In this document: piece by piece, positions 39,327 through 48,035 of the stretch
How the letters are laid out: each line of letters starts with the position of its first letter
Position numbering within the stretch: the first letter of the stretch is position 1
Source of the DNA: Spirochaetota bacterium
GTDB lineage: Bacteria; Spirochaetota; UBA4802; UBA5550
DNA length: 64,000 nucleotides
Direction of reading: 5' to 3'
NCBI GenBank assembly: GCA_035400945.1
Contig: DAONAJ010000010.1
Location: forward strand, 1,840 to 65,839
Notes under the pieces: generated by a model
Seen by the model: only the letters and a program-made list of their open reading frames with translations
The model's database searches: none
Told to the model about the DNA's origin: nothing
Made by a program: the position numbers and the translations under genes

Positions 39327-40001
39327 ATGTTATTAAGCATTGACAGGGTCCTGAAGCTACTGGCGGAGGGAAAGAGCCTTGAGAAGATCGCCGAGCTGGC
39401 TCACTGTGAACAAAAAGACGTGGTCGAAGTAATCGAAGAGGCTATAACCATAATAAACAGGCATGAAAAGCAGTTCGCGAGGAAGAAGATAATCATAAAA
39501 AAAGGACCTGAAGGCCATGAAGGTGAAGGGCTCGTCGAATCCGGCGATCAACAGTCCATCGAGAGTCAGCTATTCGAGGGCGCCGAACTTTCGACCATCC
39601 CGCTTAATTCAACCCTGACAATGTACATCGACGGCGCCTCGAGCGGCAATCCCGGACCGGCCGGAATAGGCATAGTGATACTGGATCATGACGGCAGGCA
39701 GGTCGGGAAAATATCTTCATACATCGGCACACGAACGAATAATTACGCCGAATACACGGCGCTGATACGGGCCCTCAAGATTGCCATATACTTCAAGGCA
39801 AAAGTTGTAAAGATACGCACCGATTCCGAACTGGTGGTGAAGCAGATTTCCGGTGAATACAAGGTGAAGAACGATCAGATAAGGAAACTCTATGACCAGG
39901 CGGTTACTCTGCTCAAGTCAATAAGCAATTGTAAAATAGAGCATGTTCCGCGGAGTCAGAATGACAAGGCAGATTATCTTGCAAAAAAGGCTACGCAGTA
40001 G
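39327..40001 (+). CDS. rnhA: Ribonuclease HI with an N-terminal extension of about 100 aa
   Basis: C-terminal YIDGASSGNPGPAGIG...NNYAEYTALIRAL...RTDSELVV...HVPRSQNDKADYLA (DEDD core). The N-terminal LKLLAEGKSLEKIAELAHCEQKDVVEVIEEA is HTH-like. Confidence 0.8.
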   Translation: MLLSIDRVLKLLAEGKSLEKIAELAHCEQKDVVEVIEEAITIINRHEKQFARKKIIIKKGPEGHEGEGLVESGDQQSIESQLFEGAELSTIPLNSTLTMYIDGASSGNPGPAGIGIVILDHDGRQVGKISSYIGTRTNNYAEYTALIRALKIAIYFKAKVVKIRTDSELVVKQISGEYKVKNDQIRKLYDQAVTLLKSISNCKIEHVPRSQNDKADYLAKKATQ

Positions 40002-40004
40002 ACC

Positions 40005-42053
40005 ATGCACACCGTTACAGCCAGTGCCGATCATGACAACAGGAACCTCAACGACCACGCAACACTATTCGGCATAAATCCGGTCATAATGGGGATACTC
40101 CATTCCCGTGGATATAACGATACCCAAGGCATCGATGCTTTTTTGCATGGGAGCCTTGCGGACATGCACAGCCCCTTCATGTTTGAAAGTATGCGTCAGG
40201 CGGTAACCAGGATCCGAAAGGCGATTGATGACCGGGAGCGCATCGGGATATTCGCCGACTCGGACCTTGACGGCATAACATCCCTCGCCCTCATGCATAA
40301 CCTTTTCAGCAGGATGAAAATAGAGCCGTTTCTCCGCTACCTCAAGGATGATGAAAACTACGGCATAACCAGGGACATTATCGATGAATTCAGGGGAAAT
40401 GCCATAACCCTGATTATTACCGTCGATTCAGGCACGCGGGACGTGGCGGAAATAGCCTATGCGCGATCCCTCGGTATAGACGTAATAATTACCGATCACC
40501 ATGAACAGGACAGGGATCTGCCCGAAGCGATAATAATCAATCCGAAGTTAGAAGGTTCCAGGTACCCCTTCAAAAATCTTGCCGGCGTAGGAGTGGCCTT
40601 CAAGCTCACACACGCGATCCTCCTGAGTTATCTCCCTTCATACGGCAGACTTTTTCTGATCATCGACGGAACCGGAGAGAAATACAATGTCTCCTTCATC
40701 CGGGACTTGATAATCGAAAAAATCGAAAGCGGTATCGATGAAGAACGATTGAAGGAACTTGCCGGTTCCACCGAATCAGATGATTTCATCCTGGTTCATG
40801 ACGTACAAGCCGCTGAAAGGATAAGATCCCTATGCCCCGGCAGGAACATCCATAATTATGTCGGATTTATCACGGGAATTACCGGCAGGAAGGCTTCCGA
40901 TCTTGATGAAATACAAAGGACGATGACAATCAAGCGTAAGTTTTATCCCGATGCCATCGACCTGCTCAATAAAATCTTCATGGAAACGCATATGGCTGGT
41001 TCAGAGAAAGTAATGGATTATATCGAATCAGCCATCGGTCTTGTCGCCATCGGCAGCATAGCAGACGTGATAAGCCTTACCGGTGAAAACCGGATACTGG
41101 TCAGGGCCGGCATCGAGAACCTGGCCAGGACGAGGCATCAGGCACTGGGAATGCTGATCAATGGAGAAAAAATCGATTCCCGTTTTATAGGGTGGACCAT
41201 CGCGCCTCTTCTCAACACACCCGGCAGGCTTGGGAAAACCGAACTGACCGTGGATTTCTTTATCGAGAAGGACCCCGCGATTCTGAGAAATCTCATCTCT
41301 GAAATAAGGGACTTGAACGAGGAGCGCAGAATTTTCGTGAAGCAGTTCTGCGGTACGGTAATTGAAAATATCGAAGCCGGGTCCCAGGAGTCAGCGGGGA
41401 GGCTGATACACATAAAGACGGACAGGATCCCGGATGGTTATGCCGGGCTGATAGCCAACCGCATCGCCGATGTCACCGGCAAGCCTGTCATCGTTACCGT
41501 CCTGCCCGGCAGGAACGGCATTGTTAAGGGCTCTGGGCGTTCCCGCGGCGGGTCCCAGTTCTTCAGCCATTTCGGCAAGTTTACGGACAGGTTTGAGCGG
41601 ATCGGCGGTCATGAGAATGCCTTCGGGTTCACGGTCCGGGCGGAGCAGGTTGATGAAATCGTGCGCCTGGTGGAGCGGGAGCTGGGTGAAGAGCCGGCGC
41701 ATCCGGAAGATGAAATGGAAGTTGATTGCGAGCTGGATATAGCCTGTATTACTACAAGGTTCATCAATGACCTCCAGCTCCTTGAGCCATACGGGAACGG
41801 CAACCGGGAGCCGCTCTTCATGGTGCGTAATATCATCTTTGAGGCCTTCCAGCAGTTCGGGAACAACCACGGGAAGTATATACTGTCGGACTACAATACC
41901 CTTGTTGCCATCGGCTGGGGAATGGGGTCGGAAATGAAGAGTTTATTCGAAACAGGAAAGCCCCTTGATCTGAAAGTCAGACTTGAAAATAATTATTTTA
42001 ACGGCAAGGTGTCGCCCCGTATGATTATCCTGGACATGGGCATATCCGGTTAA
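40005..42053 (+). CDS. recJ: Single-stranded-DNA-specific exonuclease RecJ
   Basis: IFADSDLDGITS, TVDSG and ITDHH DHH-family motifs. Confidence 0.9.
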   Translation: MHTVTASADHDNRNLNDHATLFGINPVIMGILHSRGYNDTQGIDAFLHGSLADMHSPFMFESMRQAVTRIRKAIDDRERIGIFADSDLDGITSLALMHNLFSRMKIEPFLRYLKDDENYGITRDIIDEFRGNAITLIITVDSGTRDVAEIAYARSLGIDVIITDHHEQDRDLPEAIIINPKLEGSRYPFKNLAGVGVAFKLTHAILLSYLPSYGRLFLIIDGTGEKYNVSFIRDLIIEKIESGIDEERLKELAGSTESDDFILVHDVQAAERIRSLCPGRNIHNYVGFITGITGRKASDLDEIQRTMTIKRKFYPDAIDLLNKIFMETHMAGSEKVMDYIESAIGLVAIGSIADVISLTGENRILVRAGIENLARTRHQALGMLINGEKIDSRFIGWTIAPLLNTPGRLGKTELTVDFFIEKDPAILRNLISEIRDLNEERRIFVKQFCGTVIENIEAGSQESAGRLIHIKTDRIPDGYAGLIANRIADVTGKPVIVTVLPGRNGIVKGSGRSRGGSQFFSHFGKFTDRFERIGGHENAFGFTVRAEQVDEIVRLVERELGEEPAHPEDEMEVDCELDIACITTRFINDLQLLEPYGNGNREPLFMVRNIIFEAFQQFGNNHGKYILSDYNTLVAIGWGMGSEMKSLFETGKPLDLKVRLENNYFNGKVSPRMIILDMGISG

Positions 42054-42176
42054 ACATGACGCTATTTCAAAAAAATCATTAAATATCATCTTTTTAAGAT
42101 ATTTTGACAAATTTATGTTTGACTTGATATTAATACTTAAATATCATTATACAAAATTGGCTGGGAGACTATCATA

Positions 42177-42476
42177 ATGGATATTGAAATCAGAGAAGAA
42201 CCCGATATCGTACATGTGATTGTCAACGGTGATATTGAAATGATGACCATCAAGAATTTCAAGGAAAAGCTCTTTGAAATAGGTCATAACATTAACAAGG
42301 ACATCGAAATTGATCTCTCCCATGTCGATTATATAGATTCATCCGGCGTCGGTGTCCTTATCAGTCTTCTGAAACTCCAGAAGAAAAAAGAGAAAAACCT
42401 TCATATAAGCAAAGTAAGCGCAAAAGTCCTCAATGTCCTCAAGTTGAGCTCTCTTTCTGACGTCTTTGAGATGTAG
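42177..42476 (+). CDS. STAS-domain anti-sigma-factor antagonist
   Basis: DLSHVDYIDSSGVGVLISL is typical of SpoIIAA/RsbV. Confidence 0.8.
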   Translation: MDIEIREEPDIVHVIVNGDIEMMTIKNFKEKLFEIGHNINKDIEIDLSHVDYIDSSGVGVLISLLKLQKKKEKNLHISKVSAKVLNVLKLSSLSDVFEM

Positions 42477-42482
42477 CTTTCA

Positions 42483-42974
42483 ATGGTCAATCTGCGTATC
42501 GGCAACGGCTTTGATGTGCACCAGTTTGTGACGGGCCGTGACCTTGTTATTGGCGGGAAAAAAATCGATTACCGGTTCGGGCTTCATGGTCATTCCGACG
42601 CTGATGTGTTGATCCACGCGGTCATTGATTCGCTTCTGGGCGCGGCGGGGCTCGTGGACATAGGGCGGATGTTTCCCGATTCTGACAGCTCGTATAAGAA
42701 TATCAGCAGCATGGTGCTTCTTGGTAAAGTGCGGGAATCCCTGGAGGCCATTCCGGCCGCCATAATAAATATAGATACCATTGTTATCTGCCAGGAGCCT
42801 AAAATATCGCCGCATATAGAAGACATGAGAAATAATATATCATCAGCTCTTCGCATTGATGTGACCCGCATCAATATCAAAGGCAAAACAACAGAAGGTC
42901 TTGGGTTTACCGGAAGGGGGGAAGGAATTGCCTGTTACGCTGTATCTCTTGTGCAGATGGGAAACACGAATTAG
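42483..42974 (+). CDS. ispF: 2-C-methyl-D-erythritol 2,4-cyclodiphosphate synthase
   Basis: RIGNGFDVHQF and GHSDADVLIHAVIDSLLGA. Confidence 0.95.
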   Translation: MVNLRIGNGFDVHQFVTGRDLVIGGKKIDYRFGLHGHSDADVLIHAVIDSLLGAAGLVDIGRMFPDSDSSYKNISSMVLLGKVRESLEAIPAAIINIDTIVICQEPKISPHIEDMRNNISSALRIDVTRINIKGKTTEGLGFTGRGEGIACYAVSLVQMGNTN

Positions 42975-43395
42975 CGGCTCCCTGTCGGGAAAAATCTTAA
43001 TGAGACATAATATATCTTATCGGAAGCTAATTGTTATTCGCACTGGGCACTGCGGGTCGACATGGCCCAGGTTTATCCTGTGGCGGCGTAATCAACGGAA
43101 TCTTCCCAATAGTTAAATGGCAGCCGTGTCACGCAGACCTGTATAACGTCCCTGTTGCAGGTTTCATCAGGCGACCTGCAGGGGGATTGCGTTCCAGTTT
43201 AACTGTGTGATCAGGGAGTTTTCATCGGGCCTGGACAAACTCATATCGTCACAGGAGATAATGAATAGAAACAGGATGCTGAACAATATCAGGGAGAGTT
43301 GTTAGAATATGCTGCTATTCACGGTGTCCAACAGGTTTGTTAATTGCGCAACAAGAACCGAACCTCTCGTGAGGGCCGGCAAATTAGGTTGGGAT

Positions 43396-43710
43396 TCAAC
43401 CCCGCCGCAGTTTGCCGAAAAAGCCGTTCACCACATTGGTAAGCCCGACCAGCATAAGGGCGCTGATTGCAGTATCGATATACTTGTGGACATGAATGCC
43501 GGTGCCGGAAAAGAGGCTCAGCAACTCGACCTTATAGCACAGGACAAGAGCCAGGATCACGACAAAGGTATCACGGGCAACCTGTACCGGCCTGTTTTCA
43601 GATATGTCTTTCAATGCGGTCAAGGAAAATATTGCCATCGCACAGGATTCAATGATAATGGCGATAACGAACAGGATGAAAACATTTTGGATCAGGATGT
43701 CAAATTTCAT
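43396..43710 (-). CDS. Small integral membrane protein, 104 aa, about 3 TM
   Basis: Hydrophobic segments ILFVIAIIIESCAMAIF, FVVILALVLCY and AISALMLVGL. No family recognised. Confidence 0.45.
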   Translation of the reverse strand: MKFDILIQNVFILFVIAIIIESCAMAIFSLTALKDISENRPVQVARDTFVVILALVLCYKVELLSLFSGTGIHVHKYIDTAISALMLVGLTNVVNGFFGKLRRG

Positions 43711-43803
43711 ATCTCACTCCACATCGATATTTTTTAAGAAGCTCCCTCCCGCACCATGACTTCACTGCGCCGACTCATATTAATAATACTAAAAAGTGCC
43801 CAG

Positions 43804-43837
43804 AATATATAATTATTTTACAAAATAATTATATATT
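43804..43837. promoter_or_regulatory. Perfect 16+2+16 A/T-only palindrome upstream of the small membrane protein gene
   Basis: AATATATAATTATTTT-ac-AAAATAATTATATATT, read directly. A further aatatataat half-copy follows at 43842-43851. Confidence 0.5.
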
Positions 43838-43905
43838 ATTGAATATATAATAATGTATCCTTAAAAATCAAGCCGATTTTTACCGTTACAAAAAAACTCT
43901 TATGG

Positions 43906-44304
43906 TTATATGTCTCCTGAGCTCTCGAGGTTGGCTTTATATTCATCTTCATTCATGAGTTCATCGAATTCCCTTGGTTCTTTAACATCTATTTTGTATA
44001 TCCAACCTTCTCCATAGGGATCGCTATTGATGAGATCGGGCTGGTTCTCGAGTTTTTGATTTGTTTCAGTAATACGGCCGGAAACCGGAGATCGGTATTT
44101 GTAATAATCAATAACTGATTCGAGGAGCGCCACATCCTCTCCCCTCCTTATCTCGGAATCAACATCGGGGAATTCGACAAATTCGACAATATCCAGTTTG
44201 GCCAGGTATTGTTCGGATATGCCGCACCGGCCGATAAATTCATCCTCCATCTCGATCCATCCATGGTAGCGGTCAAACATTCTCTCTTCGGGAATAGATT
44301 TCAT
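43906..44304 (-). CDS. gcvH: GcvH-like (glycine-cleavage H / lipoyl-domain fold) protein lacking the canonical lipoyl-lysine
   Basis: HGWIEMEDEF..GISEQYLAKLDIVEFVEFPDV...LLESVIDYYKYRSPVSGRI...INSDPYGEGWIYK. The fold motifs are present, but the ESVKA lysine position is Ile. Confidence 0.7.
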   Translation of the reverse strand: MKSIPEERMFDRYHGWIEMEDEFIGRCGISEQYLAKLDIVEFVEFPDVDSEIRRGEDVALLESVIDYYKYRSPVSGRITETNQKLENQPDLINSDPYGEGWIYKIDVKEPREFDELMNEDEYKANLESSGDI

Positions 44305-44417
44305 GGTATTTTACACCGTGTTATTTGACATTTCCACTATGCCAGGCGGCACCGGGAACGCAAGTCAATTTGTCCATTGGACAGGAACTGGGGTTTCCAT
44401 TTATGAAAAAAAGATTC

Positions 44418-44446
44418 TTGACTTATTAATTGTTATAGTTTATTGT
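44418..44446 (+). promoter_or_regulatory. Candidate promoter for the RRM-protein gene (implies a leader of about 310 nt)
   Basis: TTGACT, 17 nt, TATTGT, read directly. Confidence 0.3.
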
Positions 44447-44763
44447 TAACAAAAATTCCTATTTGTTCTTTACATAGCGATTTTTATTAGATAAATAAAA
44501 TTTGCGTTTAATCCTCCCGGTTCAAAATGTATAAGGGGTTATGCAGGGGGATTGGGGATTTAATTTATTCTGCGTCCGAATGGATGATGTACGATTACAG
44601 ACCGCGTGATTTTGATTGTTCCAGGCAGATTTTCCCCCCGTTCTATCGGCCAATTATCTTTGGTTTTGCATATATATCATATTTCACTGGCGTATATTAA
44701 TTATGCCGTCCTGTAAAAAGGTCCGGTGTAATTTGTATATATCTTTTTTGTTTGAGGTGAGGT

Positions 44764-45024
44764 ATGTCTAAACAAATCTACGCGGGTAATCTGTCATATC
44801 AGATGTCTGATGAGACCCTCCGGGACCTGTTCCAGCAGCATGGAGAAGTCACTTCAGTAAAAATCATCAGGTATCCAGACTCCGGGAAGTCCAAGGGATT
44901 CGGTTTTATTGAAATGGCCAATGATTCTGAAGCCGATGCCGCTATCCAGAAACTGAACGGGGCTGAAGTACAGGGGCGGAATATCCGTGTAAATGTTGCC
45001 AGGCCGAAAAAGAATGGGGAGTGA
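44764..45024 (+). CDS. RRM-type RNA-binding protein
   Basis: RNP2 IYAGNL and RNP1 KGFGFIEM. 86 aa. Confidence 0.9.
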   Translation: MSKQIYAGNLSYQMSDETLRDLFQQHGEVTSVKIIRYPDSGKSKGFGFIEMANDSEADAAIQKLNGAEVQGRNIRVNVARPKKNGE

Positions 45025-45073
45025 GAGTATTCAGCGAAACGCATTTCGCGGGTCCTCGCAGGTTGTTTAGGGG

Positions 45074-45733
45074 TTATGCATCAGCAGTTTTAAGTTTTAA
45101 CAGCATTTTTTTCACTGAATCATTCTTGAAGGAATCGACTAGTTCGCCAAACAGATCGTCGTCGAGAACGATCTGCTTGAGTATTTTTCCGCGCCTGTCC
45201 GAAGACAGATCGGCAAAATCATTGTCTTCACGAAGCAACATGCGGGCCTGCTTGAGCGCGGAAAGGGCGTCCTCGATGTCGGCAGGGATGTTTTTTTCGA
45301 TGTCACGCCTTATGCGGGCTGATAACGACGGTGATATCCCGCTGGTTGATACAGAAACCACCAGGCCGTTGCGGTTAAACCATGACGGCATGAAAAAAGA
45401 GCAGTTGGGCGGATCGTCAACCGCGTTGACGAGAATGTTTTTACCCGCCGCCTCGGCATATACTTCCCTGTTGACACTTTCATTATCCGTTGCAGAAAAA
45501 ACCAGCATGGCACCGTCGCAGTCCCCTGAACGGTAATGCCTTCTTTCGATAATAAGATTGCTTACGTGGGATGCGGCTAGACTGTCGATATCGGGATGTA
45601 TCTCGGGGGCTATTACAGTCACCATGGCGCCGCATTCAAGCAGGTCCCGGACCTTCCGGAGGGCAACGGTCCCTCCGCCGACAACAACGGCCTTTTTGCC
45701 TTCAAGATTGATCATGACGGGATACAGTTTCAT
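45074..45733 (-). CDS. Precorrin-2 dehydrogenase / sirohydrochlorin ferrochelatase (SirC/Met8-like)
   Basis: MINLEGKKAVVVGGGTVALRKV Rossmann N-terminus and a CysG-N-like length. Confidence 0.8.
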   Translation of the reverse strand: MKLYPVMINLEGKKAVVVGGGTVALRKVRDLLECGAMVTVIAPEIHPDIDSLAASHVSNLIIERRHYRSGDCDGAMLVFSATDNESVNREVYAEAAGKNILVNAVDDPPNCSFFMPSWFNRNGLVVSVSTSGISPSLSARIRRDIEKNIPADIEDALSALKQARMLLREDNDFADLSSDRRGKILKQIVLDDDLFGELVDSFKNDSVKKMLLKLKTADA

Positions 45734-47004
45734 TTTCCTGACAGCTCCATCGGCATGGGGAATACCTCGCCCGCCTGCGCGAGCTCTTTCCTCTTCTTTT
45801 CATCAAGTCCGATTTCTTCATCGGACAGGTAGCATTGGGGGTCGGGAGCCCAGGGATCGTTGTAGGTCCTGAAGGCGCGCACCCTCATGGCGCCGGTGCA
45901 GAGGTCGCGGTAACGGCAAAGCCTGCAGCGGCCCTTGATGTAATCGGCCTTGTGCTTGAGACCACGCATGAGCGGGTCGCTCTCATCCATCCAGATATCG
46001 CCGAAATTGCGTTCGCGCACATTTCCCAGGGTATAATCCTGCCAGAACTGGTCGGGGTGGACATTGCCGAAGAAATCGATGTTCGCAATCCCGACTCCGG
46101 TGGAATTGGCTCCGCCCCCGTTCCAGGCAAGGAGCCGGTATACCTCTTCTGCCCGCGACGGGTCTATTTCCTTAAGCTTCATGTAGAGGTACACGCCGTC
46201 GACATGGTTGTCGACCGTAAGAATATTGATGTCGAGACCGCGCCGGAAATAGTCTTCGGTGCGATTAATAATGGTGTCAATGGCCGTGCGGGATTGCCGG
46301 TGGGTCAGGTCATCCTTGTACATATCGCTGCCCCGCCCGGAATAGACAAGATGATAAAAGCAGGCCCTGTTTATTCCTTCTTTCTCAATGAAGTCGAAGA
46401 TACGGTCAAGGTCTTCGTAATTGCGCCTGGTGAGGGTAAGGCGGAGCCCCACGCGCTGGCCCGCGGCCGTGCAGTTCTCGAAGCCTTTCATGGCCCTGGT
46501 AAAGGCCCCCTGCACTCCCCTGAATTTGTCGTTGATGTCCTCCATGCCGTCAAGGCTGATACCGACGTAGACGACACCGGCGTCCTTGATGTTCTGAGCC
46601 GCCTGCCGGTCGATGAGGGTGCCGTTCGTCGAGATGACGGGACGGATGTTCTTGTTTGCTGCATATTCGATGAGGGTGAAGATGTCCTTCCGCAGGAGCG
46701 GCTCGCCCCCGGAAAAGAGGAGCGATGGTATCCCGAAGGCGGCAAGGTCATTGATGAGCGAGCGGCCCTCAGCAGTCGAGAGCTCTCCGTCATATTTCAT
46801 ATTAGTTGAGTCGGTATAGCAGTGGACGCAGTTGAGGTTGCAGGTCCTGGTTGTGCTCCACACGACGATGGGCCTCCGCTCGCTGGCAAGCCGAACGGGG
46901 TCATGGGGCCTGTTGCCGTGGCAGTCCGGGCCGGCCTCGGTGCCATACCTGAGAGAATCTCCGGTCGATTTTCCGCCGCAGTATAATTTGCCGATATCAA
47001 TCAT
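45730..47004 (-). CDS. ahbC: Radical SAM/SPASM enzyme of the Ahb pathway (AhbC-like by size)
   Basis: CNLNCVHC cluster motif, a C-terminal Cys-rich SPASM region, and flanking Ahb/haem genes. The start is taken at the ATGA overlap with the upstream gene. Confidence 0.65.
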   Translation of the reverse strand: MIDIGKLYCGGKSTGDSLRYGTEAGPDCHGNRPHDPVRLASERRPIVVWSTTRTCNLNCVHCYTDSTNMKYDGELSTAEGRSLINDLAAFGIPSLLFSGGEPLLRKDIFTLIEYAANKNIRPVISTNGTLIDRQAAQNIKDAGVVYVGISLDGMEDINDKFRGVQGAFTRAMKGFENCTAAGQRVGLRLTLTRRNYEDLDRIFDFIEKEGINRACFYHLVYSGRGSDMYKDDLTHRQSRTAIDTIINRTEDYFRRGLDINILTVDNHVDGVYLYMKLKEIDPSRAEEVYRLLAWNGGGANSTGVGIANIDFFGNVHPDQFWQDYTLGNVRERNFGDIWMDESDPLMRGLKHKADYIKGRCRLCRYRDLCTGAMRVRAFRTYNDPWAPDPQCYLSDEEIGLDEKKRKELAQAGEVFPMPMELSGK

Positions 47005-48035
47005 AGTCCAGCCTTTTTCTCCCATTCGTCGAAGCGCGGGGAATAATAGACCACGCGCTCCTTCTTGAATTCCTTCAGGGACCGAAGTACCTGGTAATCG
47101 TCAATTCCGGATTTGCCGGATAAATCCTTTATTATGCCATCGAGAGCCTCGTCGGTGCGGGCATGGATCATGGCGAAAAGGGGATACTCCCACCTGCCCG
47201 GATGCAGAGTCCGAAGGTAAAGATGGGATATCTGCTGAGAATCATGGAAAATCCTCGCAATCCGGTCGATGTCTGAACCGCTGCGGGGCTTCCAGACCGT
47301 CATGGCATTCGCCGTGTAGCCGGCTTCCCTGTGACGAAGAACAGCGGCGTATCGCCTCAGGATATGGTCATCCTTCAGTCGTTTGAAAATGGTCATGAGC
47401 CCATCTAGTCCGATGGCGCTGGTATTGGTTTCGAGGAGGATGGCAAAGGGGTTCCTTTCCAGGGGAAGATCTTTCTGTAAAATGCGGACGGATTCACGCT
47501 CATCCTCTGACAGCGGCCTCGGCACAGGGGATTTCCCGTGACCGTTCCCCCGGGAGGGCCCGTGTCCCTGGTGTTCCTCGTCGCCGATGCTGAGCATGAG
47601 GCCGATTTTCAAAAGCTTTTCATTGCGAAGTATGATGTAATCTGAAGCAGAGGTCTGCTCCGCGAGCCTTTTCACCGTCTGTTCAAGGCGGGATTCGGAT
47701 TCTGCTGCCAGGGTGAACCAGATGTTGTAATGGTGGTCCCTCTGGTAATTGTGGCTTACGCCCGGATGGGCGTTAATGGCCATTGCGGCCCTCTCAATGT
47801 CCCTGTCCTCCACGCTGAAAGCGACAAGGGTCGTGACGTAGCCGAGGCGGTCTGCGTTGAATATGCCGGAAATATTCCTGACAATCCCGCGCTGTTTCAG
47901 GTCGCGGACAGCGCCGAGGAAATCATGCTCAGGGATTGATAGTTCTTCGGCCATGGCGCAGAGCGGATCAGGCACCACGGGAAAATCCTTCTGTACCCTG
48001 TTGAGGACCTTTGTTTCAACGGGGGTGAAGTTCAT
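47001..48035 (-). CDS. Fused AhbA-AhbB siroheme decarboxylase (two Lrp/AsnC-like halves)
   Basis: Two repeats of the NirD/L-type pattern (VLNRVQKDFPVVPDPL... and VRILQKDLPLERNPF...) in one ORF, joined by a Gly/His-rich linker. Confidence 0.75.
   Translation of the reverse strand: MNFTPVETKVLNRVQKDFPVVPDPLCAMAEELSIPEHDFLGAVRDLKQRGIVRNISGIFNADRLGYVTTLVAFSVEDRDIERAAMAINAHPGVSHNYQRDHHYNIWFTLAAESESRLEQTVKRLAEQTSASDYIILRNEKLLKIGLMLSIGDEEHQGHGPSRGNGHGKSPVPRPLSEDERESVRILQKDLPLERNPFAILLETNTSAIGLDGLMTIFKRLKDDHILRRYAAVLRHREAGYTANAMTVWKPRSGSDIDRIARIFHDSQQISHLYLRTLHPGRWEYPLFAMIHARTDEALDGIIKDLSGKSGIDDYQVLRSLKEFKKERVVYYSPRFDEWEKKAGL

Noticed and set aside
44305-44400. A glycine riboswitch upstream of the GcvH-like gene.
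   Set aside because: No GGAGAG...CACCG/ACCGAAGGGGCAA-type conserved cores are visible on the minus strand. An Rfam scan would be needed to be certain.
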